DNA from: Tubiluchus corallicola
Lineage: Eukaryota > Animalia > Priapulida
Length of the DNA stretch: 64,000 nt
Assembly: GCA_030141605.1 (NCBI GenBank)
Contig: JAQGDQ010000001.1
Location: forward strand, 2,852,001-2,916,000
Direction: 5' to 3'
Below are positions 30,501-39,438 of the stretch, piece by piece (positions within the stretch are counted from its first letter, which is position 1; each line of letters begins with the position of its first letter). The notes beneath the pieces were generated by a model. The model did not search any database, was not told the DNA's origin, and worked only from the letters and a program-made list of their open reading frames with translations. The position numbers and the translations under genes are program-made.

Positions 30501-33500
30501 CAGAGTCTGTGGTTTAAGTGGGGCTAGTTTGCTCTTCGAAATGAGTAAGTCGACATTTGTGTATGTCTTGACGTACGCAACAGCTGCATAAGCTGCCTTA
30601 CTAGAATCACAAAAGATGTGAAGTTCCGAGTGTGAAGTCATTGGTACGTATCGAGGAAAGTGTATCCAAGATTCGTGTTGCTGTGTTTCCTCAATGAAAC
30701 GACCCCATTGTACTGCAGTACTGGAAGGTAGTTCATCTTCCCAGTCGAGTGACTCTCTCCAGAGTGACTGAAAGAGAATCCTGAGACGTATGGTGAAGGG
30801 GGAAATAAATCCCAGAGGATCGAAAATCTTGGAGATTTCGGCTAGCATTTGACGCTTAGTGATGGGAGGTTCTGATGAAAGCTTCAGGCTGGCGGCTATG
30901 GTATCAGACTGATGGCACCAGCTGAGACCAAGAACTTTGGTAAAGTCATCAGTGCAAGAGGAAGAAGTCTGCCAAGCACGAAGGTTCATGCCAGCACTGG
31001 CGAAGGCTTGAATAGCTTCGGATTTGAATGAATCGATGTCGGTTTCGTAGTCGCAACCGGATTGTCGACATACATATTGTGCTTAAGAGAGGTGACTGTT
31101 GAAGTCGCCGGCAGGCTGTCTAGATGCATCGCAATGATGGCATGAAGAATGGCGGGGCTTGCAGAAAGCCCAAAGGGAAGTCTGGCAAATCTGCTGACGT
31201 GCTGTTTGCCGTCCAAGTCCCAAATGAATTTGAGAAACTCTCGATCTGGAGGCGAGATTCCAATCATCAGGAAGGCTTTCTCGATATCAGCAAGTAGACC
31301 AATTTGGTGACTGCGGAAACGTACCAGAATGGCTAAAAGGTCGCTGAGCATGTTGGGACCGGTTACCAGACAATCGTTGATGCTGAGGCCATTGGTAGGC
31401 TTTGCTGAGCCGTTGAAAACAACTCGCAACTTTGATCCTTGGATAAGACTATAATGGGGTAGGAAATTGCCACCATCTGTGGTAGGTGCGTCTTCAATGA
31501 TTCCAAGGGTTTGCCGAGTCTCTGTATCGTTGTTGCCGTTCTGGAGGCAACCTGTAGAAAGATCGACTATGTGCCAAGGCTTGTTGCTTAGTGAACTGTG
31601 GACGTTCGAACCCAGCCCATGGCAAAGTAGCCTCGTATCGACCATCAATGTGTTTGATGGATAAAGGAATCAAGGTCCAACCAAAGATGGTAGGAATCAG
31701 CATAAGATTGGAGTAAAGATGTGAGGAAGGGCATCATTACCAACCAATACATCAATAGGCAAAGGGAACAACCCAACAATTCATAAAATACCATTGATGT
31801 AAGTCTCTTCCGATCCACTATCTGCACTGTTTGAAGAAACACGATGCAGCAGTGTATGATGCAAGGAACCACATTCTGACACACATTCTTGGATGTGCAG
31901 TGTTGTAGTTTGAAACACAAGTGTCTGTCCCTGATGAGCTTCTGTCGAGCAGTCGCCACACAATAAACATGACTGACTGTTATTGGTGCCCCTTGTCAGA
32001 AATGTAGAATGTTTACTAGAACACTGTTTCACAGTTGGTTGAGGAGGCTTCTTGACGAAGTACTCTGACACGCTCACGAGCTTGGATAAGTTCCGTGACT
32101 GTACCTTCTACGTCCCTCACGAGCTTGGATAAGTTCCGTGACTGTACCTTCTACGTCCGCATCCTTCTTTGCCCATTGGAGACGAAGATGTGAAGGAATA
32201 CGAGACCAGGACCGGTATTAGTAACCGACCATAAGAATCCGAAGTGACATGTAGGGCTTCGAGACCCCGTACGTTTGTCTCAATGGCACGATGTACTTCA
32301 CGTGTAATTCGCCATTTGTACTCATCAGCAGATTCGACTTCCTCGTCGAGTGATACCTGTTCAGCGTCAGCGTCTAACAACTGTGACAGCGTCAGCGTCT
32401 AACAACTGTGACAGCGTCAGCGTCTAACAACTGTGACAAGATGTTGTTGTCTGCTTCAAACAGGCGTTCTGCCCTTTCAGTAACAATTGATAAGAGAAGG
32501 CTTACCTCTTCTTTCCTTGGAAGCCTTAGTGAGTGAAGATCTCAGAGCTCGACGAACTCGTTTAGTCTTCTCCACTTGCTCCGTCATGCTGACAACGGAA
32601 GTAGAAGTCCTGTGTGGTTATCCTGTGCGCTGTCTGGGCTCGAATCCGGCTCGAAGGACCATATGTGAAAGATATTTGTGAAGTCGAAATTGAACACTGG
32701 TAGAAACAACTAAACACAAGATTAAATATTTGCACAAGAACTGAAACACTTTTATTGCACTAAATACACATGAGTAAAATGATGATCACAACTGCTGCCC
32801 AGCACTGAGTGTGTGACAGAGAGACAGTGTGTAACATGACTGCACTGCCTGAGACAGAGAGTAGACAGTGGCTAGAAGTGGAATCTAGCCAGTTTATATA
32901 TGTAAAGAACTATGCAAAAACATGGCTTCACATATCCCATTTACAGAAAAATAGGGGAGATACAGTGAGTTTGAATATTCATTGGAACATACAATTGCAT
33001 TAAGGGGTGAATTCAACTAGTAAATGTTTAAAGTAACGAATCAATAGATGGCAGCACCTAAATATACAGTTACAACTTTCACACTCCTCCCTCTCCCCTT
33101 TAGTCTTCTCTGGAGCAATGTAAACTTTGCCACACCCTGTCATTTCCTCAAGTTCTTTGCCACCCTCAAAACTTTTTTTGTGAATATTGCTTCCTTGTTA
33201 GGTAGAGTCACAACTGAGTTAATCTAAGAATTGATTATATTGAAGTATAACATCTTTATTGCAGCCATTATTGAACACAACAGCAACCACTGCAAGCCAC
33301 TAAGATATTTCTATATGTTTAGAAACATTCAAATATATATACCAGATTTGACATAGCAGCTGTAAAAGAAATAGCAATATTACAGTACGACTGAAAAACA
33401 AAACAACAAAATCTAAAAAACAAAACACAAGTCGTGGTCGTGATATGCCTGCTATTTGCCACAGTGGCAGTGCTAATACTACATCGATCTTAAACGCAAT

Positions 33501-36135
33501 CATCGTGATCTGTGTGGCCTGAATGATGTAAAGTAGTACCTGTTTGTTATTGCACTGTATGCTTCCACAATGACTAAAACTGCCTTTAAACTTGGCTGTT
33601 ACTTCGCTCTGTGTAACACTTTACCATCTTTGGTGTAATGGAATCGAAATTATTATATGTAAGTGAAACTAAATGTGAAACGAGATGAAGTTAAATGTGT
33701 ATGTACTTCACCGGACTTAAAGGCTAACCTGGACCTTCAATGTCCAATTAAGCAGTTTAACTGTGAAGAATCAAGTAAGCTGCAAAGGCCAACTAAGCAT
33801 AAATCCTGATGGTAGCTTGTCTTTCTACAAACTTTGTAGTACCATATAGTTGCAATTAATGTGTCATAATCTTGAATACATTAATTTTCCTGTCCTTTTT
33901 TTGTTATGTACTTGCCATTGTGAAAAAAATTGAAATTTATTGCGTCAAACTTTGCATTTTCAGGTACCAACTGGAACTCAGAAACAAGAACTTCAATCAT
34001 ATCTGGAGAAAACTCCGCCGCTCATACAGAAATTGATCTTAACCATCAAGTCGCCTACTATTGGAAAAGCAGCTACCTTTAATAAGGTTATATCAGTCAT
34101 CATTTTGCCTAACCTTATTACATGCACTGATTTATTTTGTTTGAACTATTTCAAATGCACCAGTTTTTATTTTAGTTTTCTTCTATTTTTTCAGGTTGAT
34201 AGTGTCATACAAGAAACTAAAAATTTGATGAATGCTATTGCTAAGCTTGTCACTACATGTCTTATTTGTGCTACAAAGGTAAGCGTATGTGCCAGTTCTG
34301 ATTGATCCTCTCTATAGTTCTGCACTTTGTCACTGTAGTACATCTGCAGCAACTCTTTCTTACTAAAGCCCATTTTCATCTGCATTCCACCGACAGAATA
34401 ATCATCTTGATTAAGCTTATCAATGTTATTGTCCTGGAACATGTTCTTCATCATGATACACTGATCAAGACGAATAAGTAAGTAATTTATAGCTTTTCCT
34501 TTCACTGATCAAAAAATTAATTTTTAATTCATTTGAAATTACATACCTGTCAACCTGTTATTAGCATTGCCCTTATATAGGGTCTTGCTAAACCTTATAA
34601 GACAGCACGGGACCTTACCGAATCTGAAAATATGTTAATTTGCTGGGAGCCAACAGAAACAGACCAGTCACAAGATCGCATATCAGTCCACACAACAACA
34701 AATGGCTCTTCAGGTCGTAAAACCCGGACGCTCGCACTTTCGCATTTTTCCTACATGGAACACAAAACGAGTAGTCGGAGCCTTCTGACGAGGCTTTCAC
34801 CCATCCAGCGTATGCTCCACCACAAAACTTTGGGCTCTCCCATTCTTTTAAATGACGTCCAGTTTTTTGCTTTTTCGCCGGAGGAACACGTTCGCTTGCC
34901 GTGTTTTTTTTCATGAATGAAATAGTGGAAGTGGTGAACCGGATGTTAAAAATTATTAGCTGAGTGTGCGCAATGACAACGTTTGAACGGAAGTAAGATC
35001 GTCTGCATGAAAGTACCAATCGAAAAGGGAATATTTGATGCTATTATTTTCGCTGAGCAACATTTTGATTTTGCCGTATATTTTTCTTTTCGCCGTATGG
35101 ATTTTTTTGCAAGCCGTATTGAGCCAAAAATGCATTTTTCCCGTACAGCAATACGGCCAAACCATATAGGTTGACAGTTCTGAAATTAGCATAATTGTTT
35201 TGGTGATGCAGTTATGCTCAAACACTATTATGCTATGTTGACTGTTGAATTTTAGGAATTTCAAAATTTTTGTCTATTTTTCCAGAAACGTTTTAAACCA
35301 CCCCTTCCTGTTTTCTAGAGATGCCCAGCAAGTCTTCTTTTGCCCACTTTGAGAGAATTTTTAATTAACAATATAACTGATTATTGTATTTATATATGAC
35401 TTTATTTTGTGCTCACACATGAGAACATCTGGCTACATTATTTTCTTTTAAACCAAATTCATTTTCTTGTTCACTGTAGGTATATGCTGTGAAACTGTAA
35501 AGTGAAATTTTATCTCTTGAAATGAAAAAACTTGCAGCAAGATTTATTTACAGTAAATGTTAGGACATCAGCCTTACATTGCATAAAAAGTTATATTACA
35601 TTAAAAATACTGAGACGACTCTAAGTCTTACAAAGGAACTACAATTCGGCATATCTACATGTGAATTGGATACCAGTAAACATAAAGTAGCTTATTACAG
35701 ACGATCGGCATAATACACACTGAACAAAACAAGTTTCAACTCAAATTGACCTAAAAATTAAGCTATTTTTGCATCCCAGTTTTACAACTGTTTAAAAGAT
35801 AAGGTACTGAGTTTCTAAAATCTCACTTGTTTCTTCCAAACAATGTATTCCATGTGAAAGGTATAATATTATAACGTAAGGGGCTCTCTTCTGCACGCAT
35901 TCACTATATACAGTTCTATATGATGTATACTTATACTGTTTGCTGTTTTTTACAGTATAGCATAGATTACCGTGGATCACCTCACATTGCACACAGGTGG
36001 CGCCATCAGTCTCCAATGAATGTGAGCAGCAATGGTGATGACTGTGCATCATCAGACATGAGTGGCATTCTGCGTAGTGCGTCTGCACAAAAAGGCCTGC
36101 ACAGCTTGTCGAATTACACAGATGCGACACAATGA
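487..36135 (+). CDS. CTNNAL1: Alpha-catulin (vinculin/alpha-catenin family), 18 coding exons, 772 aa
   Basis: join(487..594,14633..14733,16199..16287,20615..20793,20937..21056,21473..21562,22166..22360,22651..22866,23352..23429,23960..24118,24982..25074,25613..25804,26322..26372,26592..26748,27041..27144,33964..34086,34195..34278,35956..36135) = 2319 nt. All introns are GT-AG and phase-consistent. Motifs IRTKSIEQTLVPLVSQITTLVN, LLAAVTRVLVLAD, QDFTDSAYTSHEHRE, YMSLPRPGKHG and MAFSMYLFTRGEGPL match alpha-catulin as recalled. Confidence 0.95.
965..1150 (+). mobile_element. Short CR1 3'-end remnant
   Basis: VNFFKNHLDKYF at about 982..1017 resembles the conserved CR1 ORF2 terminus; boundaries are uncertain. 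Confidence 0.45.
14633..14733 (+). CDS. CTNNAL1: Alpha-catulin exon 2
   Basis: tttttcag|ITTLVNHREKPIVSSKTCRAVVRVGQAASLAVER|gtaagc. Confidence 0.92.
16199..16287 (+). CDS. CTNNAL1: Alpha-catulin exon 3
   Basis: FVAVGEAIADEHPEIRQDMYDACKEAHMA, ag/gt flanks, phase 2 to 1. Confidence 0.92.
17840..19500 (+). mobile_element. Degenerate CR1/L2-type LINE (APE + RT) in alpha-catulin intron 3
   Basis: NGRSLVNKLSEL, FSETWL, RKDRGTRGG, IGDFNMPD, SGVPQGSVLGPLL, LFADDAKLY; 3' tail AATAAACTAAACTAAACTAAA at about 19477..19498; multiple deletions and stops. Confidence 0.88.
19524..19660. repeat. Compound degenerate tri/hexanucleotide repeat (GTGGTC, GGCAGT, GCA, GTA)
   Basis: Directly visible just after the LINE tail. 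Confidence 0.8.
20615..20793 (+). CDS. CTNNAL1: Alpha-catulin exon 4
   Basis: MAIAKLTD...AARSLLAAVTRVLVLADRVVVKQLLQVQDK. Confidence 0.93.
20937..21056 (+). CDS. CTNNAL1: Alpha-catulin exon 5
   Basis: VAGSLDRLEQVSNFTEFVNTFSQFGGQMVELAHLSGDRQN. Confidence 0.93.
21473..21562 (+). CDS. CTNNAL1: Alpha-catulin exon 6
   Basis: DLKDDKKKAQMGVARSILEKGTMMLLTSCK. Confidence 0.93.
22166..22360 (+). CDS. CTNNAL1: Alpha-catulin exon 7
   Basis: TCLRHPECNSARRNRDGVFRQMRQAMDLV...ALSQFE. Confidence 0.92.
22651..22866 (+). CDS. CTNNAL1: Alpha-catulin exon 8
   Basis: DLVEYNR...QDFTDSAYTSHEHREQIL...VISAR|gtaagc. Confidence 0.92.
23352..23429 (+). CDS. CTNNAL1: Alpha-catulin exon 9
   Basis: EPNRLTNDLDTAAIKVLRTAKELRKQ. 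Confidence 0.88.
23960..24118 (+). CDS. CTNNAL1: Alpha-catulin exon 10
   Basis: LQETAFEQGDEIF...ICEHSEQLQE. Confidence 0.9.
24982..25074 (+). CDS. CTNNAL1: Alpha-catulin exon 11
   Basis: TCKLLRHIATADPLAVAAEHAENNFKILGPL. Confidence 0.92.
25613..25804 (+). CDS. CTNNAL1: Alpha-catulin exon 12
   Basis: IISASQTLVTHPTSKIAKENMDVLCDAWE...LYMSLPRPG. Confidence 0.92.
26322..26372 (+). CDS. CTNNAL1: Alpha-catulin exon 13
   Basis: KHGTTAKSLRPARLDAE. Confidence 0.9.
26592..26748 (+). CDS. CTNNAL1: Alpha-catulin exon 14
   Basis: EQAKIAKLGLEMKLITSEMDAETEKWEEAENDVVKRAKNMSSMAFSMYLFTR. Confidence 0.93.
27041..27144 (+). CDS. CTNNAL1: Alpha-catulin exon 15
   Basis: GEGPLRTTQDLFTQASYFAEEANKLHKSVNGFIYQ|gtaagt. 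Confidence 0.93.
27590..28458 (-). mobile_element. CR1-type LINE fragment (ORF1 end and decayed APE endonuclease), left part of the element split by the BEL insertion
   Basis: Minus-strand DKALREELK, then NPDVIITRESW, FRKDR..GG, ILFGTCYLR, IICGNVN with stops. Confidence 0.75.
28459..28893 (-). repeat. 3' LTR (435 bp) of the BEL/Pao element
   Basis: Preceded on the minus strand by polypurine tract GGTGGGAGGA (28894..28903); AATAAA on the minus strand at 28548..28553. Confidence 0.95.
29002..29940 (-). pseudogene. BEL/Pao integrase with C-terminal DUF5641-type region
   Basis: CVSCKK zinc-finger remnant, FTCAVTRAVHMEVV, RRFLARRG, SDNA, APWWGGYWERLI, WRNEYL, WPLGRI, RRPLCLLCPLE. Confidence 0.93.
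30075..30989 (-). pseudogene. BEL/Pao connection/RNase H (Pao peptidase A17 region)
   Basis: KVLGLSW, TKRQMLAEISKIFDPLG, ELHIFCDSSKAAYAAVAY, LPRLELMAALLG, NPADLPTRG. Confidence 0.93.
30986..31648 (-). pseudogene. BEL/Pao reverse transcriptase fragment
   Basis: FLPHY, KLRVVFNGSAK, SINDCLVTGPN, LLADIEKAFLMI, RLPFGLSASPAIL, MYVDN; frameshift after YVDN. Confidence 0.92.
31700..32587 (-). pseudogene. BEL/Pao gag remnant (frameshifted, internally deleted)
   Basis: MTEQVEKTKRVRRALRSSLTK start; LDEEVESADEY; VRGLEALHVTSDSYGRLLIPVL; Cys/His knuckle remnants ending CGSLHHTLLH; several frame breaks. Confidence 0.75.
32640..32661 (-). other. Primer-binding site complementary to tRNA-Tyr
   Basis: TGGTCCTTCGAGCCGGATTCGA, 2 nt after the 5' LTR, complementary to the recalled eukaryotic tRNA-Tyr 3' end ...TCGAATCCGGCTCGAAGGACCA. 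Confidence 0.88.
32664..33083 (-). repeat. 5' LTR (420 bp) of the BEL/Pao element
   Basis: Direct repeat of 28459..28893, adjacent to the PBS; TATATAAA on the minus strand at 32893..32900. Confidence 0.95.
33084..33210 (-). mobile_element. CR1-type LINE ORF1 fragment, right part of the split element
   Basis: KKVLRVAKNLRKMTGCGKVYIAPEKTKGEREE continues in frame into DKALREELK once the LTR element and one TSD copy are removed. Confidence 0.75.
33964..34086 (+). CDS. CTNNAL1: Alpha-catulin exon 16
   Basis: VPTGTQKQELQSYLEKTPPLIQKLILTIKSPTIGKAATFNK. Confidence 0.92.
34195..34278 (+). CDS. CTNNAL1: Alpha-catulin exon 17
   Basis: VDSVIQETKNLMNAIAKLVTTCLICATK|gtaagc. Confidence 0.92.
34542..35182 (-). 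mobile_element. Non-autonomous hAT-like DNA transposon in alpha-catulin intron 17
   Basis: TIRs CATACCTGTCAACCT / AGGTTGACAGTTCTG (13 of 15 match); flanking duplication AAATTA; internal BED-finger-like WVKASSEGSDYSFCVPCRK...GFYDLKSH. Confidence 0.8.
35956..36135 (+). CDS. CTNNAL1: Alpha-catulin terminal coding exon 18
   Basis: ttttttacag|YSIDYRGSPH...YTDATQ-TGA. AATAAA signals lie downstream (about 36369, 36958, 37617). Confidence 0.8.
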   Translation, partial: YSIDYRGSPHIAHRWRHQSPMNVSSNGDDCASSDMSGILRSASAQKGLHSLSNYTDATQ

Positions 36136-37699
36136 CAACGACTGGACCTGCGAGAGGACGCGATGAGCGAGCTTGTGTGAAAACTAAGCCAGCGTTCATT
36201 ATTCATTTTCCCCTCTTGTAGGTTTACAATGGATCTTTGTTTGCCTAAGTATTATGGCCAGTGTTTATTTGCCTAATTTAATTGTTTTATTGTGTGTGAA
36301 GAATTTCAACCAATAACTGCATACATTTTTAGATGTCGCAGAAATTTCATTTTATTACGCTAAAAGTCAATAAAGTCTTTTCAATTTCATTAATTTTGAC
36401 AGTTTTGCCACAGATCTATTGTTTATTATAGTTTTTATATTTTATTCAGTCCTAGTAGTGATACTACATTATGCATTCCTCTTGCTTTTATTATCTACTA
36501 CAGAAAAATTTAATGTTTTTATGGCCTTGAAAAACACCTCCCACAACTACTCTTGCTTTTAGCCACTCTGTGCATATTTTGTGCTTTATATAATATGTTA
36601 TATTGTAATAAATATGCATATATATTATGTAATTATATATTTGTAATTTTTCCTTTATAGACAAACATAATTCCCGTGTAGACTGCCTTAATGCACGTTA
36701 TTTTATGTGCAATTTACATAAACCTATTGCACATAAATGTCTTCCAAGAGCTACCTGTACTGTTTATTAGACTTCTTTGCTCCTCAAAATTACTAGTTTC
36801 TTTGCATAAATTTGCATTTCTATTTTTGCAAATGTAAATGCTATTAGTTTGCTGTATTTTGAATGTATTTCATTCTCCCAGAAGAATGCTTGATAGCAAT
36901 TTAATCACTATAATCACAATTTGGAATAGTCAGAATGCTGTTCAGTTCCTGTAACCAAATAAAGAAATTTCTTTTGTGTTAGAAGACCCACGATTTTATT
37001 TTACCGTATGTTAAAGAATGTTTCATGTTGTCTAGATTAGGTCTGGTTGCCATAGTTAAGATTAGTCCAGCTGTGTAATTACTACAACTTTTTCAAAATC
37101 ATTCCGGTTTATTTTGAAGCATTCCTATTCTTTGCAGCATTCCTTCTCTTTTTTGTATGAACTATTCATTAAATTTTGTTACAGAAATATTTTTGCAGTT
37201 TGTAAGCTGTTGAAAAATCATTCTACTATGGTATCACTTTTCTGTCTGTCAGTTGCATGTTAGTACGTATACAGTAAAGTTTTCATTGCATAATACAAAC
37301 TGAGTCAAGTTGATTGTGCTTACAAGTGCTATAAACTTATCCAAATTTTTCCCATACATTGCACAGTTCATTTTCATTGTTTTGCAGAGCACAGTTTTTT
37401 CAGTAATCTCACTACTTTTAATTCCAACAACTTAAGTAATATTTCGGGAAATGACTACAGGGCATTTCAGGTATAGTTTACATGGTTTCATTTTGAGGTG
37501 AATATAAAAATATTTACAGTATTCAATTTGCTGTACACATTGTTAAGTTGTGAAACTAGTTTATTTACATTGTGTATAATGTAAGCTTACCTCCTGTAAT
37601 GTAGTTAGCTATGCTAAATAAAATTATTGTTTTTACAAATTATTGTTTTTATTATGTTGTGCAAAGTACAGTATATAGTTATGCATACGTAACATGAAC

Positions 37700-38790
37700 T
37701 ATGAATTTTATTTCACACATCAAAATACAATATTGTACACATAAATAAACAATAAACAAAATGATTTGAGTAGTGTGAGGTGAGTGTACGACCATACGGT
37801 CATTAACACACTCACCTTACTTAAATGAAAATAAAAAAATTATTAAAGTTATGCGTGCTTTTGTAGATGACTCAATGAAATTGATGTAATAAAGTAAATG
37901 ATGTGATAATAGCAAGAAAACAATATGGAATTACGATTTTGATAGAAATATTGAAATAAAGTAAATGATGTAATAATAGCAAGGAAAATATAATATGTAA
38001 TCATGACTTGATATAGGCTGCGATGAATGAATAATTTCATTTAAATTGATTTATATCTTTTACCAATAAAGTAACAAAGGTCGTAATGGTACCTATTAGT
38101 AAAAGAAAAACATTAGTGCAAAAAGACACACGTGCACAAAAAGAGAAAAAAGCTCTGGTTTTCTACGCCAATGAATATTTACTAAGTAAAAATATCTTAT
38201 ATTGTTTGGTAGCTATTTGTAAAGGAGAGGAAATGATTGTATTGGGTACACTATTCCACAAAATAACTCCACTGTGCTGTAAGGTATTTAAGCCATAAGC
38301 TGTGTTAAATCGTTTTTGAAAATAGTGTCCCATACTTGAAGACCTAGTATAGTGAGAGTGAACATCTTTGATTAAGGTAAAGTAGTTAGTATATAATTCA
38401 GGCAACTGCCGGTTATTATACTTTATACATAAATTTAAATAATTCAAGATTATAAATATCTTCTATTTTCAGTAAACTAAGGTGTATGTACGATGGTGTT
38501 GTATGGTCTCTGTAATTGGCGAAAGTCATGTATTTAACTATTTTATTCTGAACTGTTATTAGTGGTTGTAATAAGTATTTTTTTGTTTGCCACCATGACA
38601 ACACACAGTATTGGAGGTACGGATAGACTAATGCATGGTAGATCATTTTCAAAATAGGCAAATTAATAAAATGTCTTAACTTTGCAAAAATACCAGCTGT
38701 CTTGTTTAGTTTTGTTGCTGTTGAGGAAATATGGGTAGACCACTTCATATTATTGTAAATATGCAACCCAAGGTATTTTATACTTTTTTA
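37700..38790 (-). mobile_element. 5'-truncated L2/Crack-type LINE (ORF2 C-terminus plus 3' UTR)
   Basis: YLGLHIYNNMKWSTHI, IFAKLRHF, IYHALVYPYLQYCVLSW, VHSHYTRSS, GVILWNSVP; 3' UTR stem-loop at 37775..37820; AATAAA terminus near 37707. Confidence 0.85.
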
Positions 38791-39312
38791 AATAAGCAAT
38801 AGTACTAGAATTTCTATATTCCAGAATATTTGTTGCCATTATTAAACCAAATGTAATGAAACCTATGAATTTTGTTAAATAATACTGCACTTAAAATACA
38901 GCTGCTGTTTTTTTCATATTTTGCTTGTGAATAGGAAAACTGCAAAATAATATAACTGCATACAATTAGTATATTAAATCTGTTATTCTCATTGCATCAA
39001 TTAAACTAGAAATAACATGATTTTTTAACCTAATAAGCATCTTGCAGATTATTATTAAACTGCATAATAGGTGCCACACACAAACCTGATTTTCTGCTAC
39101 AAAACAAAAAATTCTACAAAAACTTTGCCATTGCTAAATTTGCAGACACCAAAATTCGTAAACTAAGTAATATGCATATATGTGGTACAAACTAAACGAG
39201 CACTTTATAATGTAAACTCTCAGAAGTAAAATAAATCTGAATGACAAAAATTCAACGTAGTTCACTGAACACTATATACATTCAAAAATAAAAATTTCAC
39301 TTTAAAATTACA

Positions 39313-39438
39313 TCATAATAACAGCTCCTCTAATTCTTTGCGTAAATCAGCTTCTGTGTAGATTTTATCCAGCTGATTCTTTTCTAGTTGCTTTCCACTC
39401 GCCTGGTCTGCCTTTAACTTTTCAATCTGTTCTAATTT
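39313..39438 (-). CDS. EIF2A: eIF2A terminal coding exon 16
   Basis: KLEQIEKLKADQASGKQLEKNQLDKIYTEADLRKELEELLL-TGA. Confidence 0.93.
   Translation of the reverse strand, partial: KLEQIEKLKADQASGKQLEKNQLDKIYTEADLRKELEELLL

Larger units (their letters stand above)
28459..33083 (-). mobile_element. BEL/Pao LTR retrotransposon, defective, in alpha-catulin intron 15
   Basis: Two TG...CA LTRs with terminal inverted repeat TGTGAAAG/CTTTCACA; 5-bp TSD CTCCT (28454..28458 and 33084..33088); PBS and PPT present; domain order gag-RT-RNaseH-IN with BEL motifs. Confidence 0.96.

Noticed and set aside
32362-32438. Regular 25-bp repeats suggestive of a CRISPR array
   Set aside because: The copies are head-to-tail with no spacers, inside a eukaryotic retroelement, and there are no cas genes.
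32630-32661. Apparent tRNA-Tyr 3' end with encoded CCA on the + strand
   Set aside because: It is the reverse complement of the retrotransposon PBS, not a tRNA gene.
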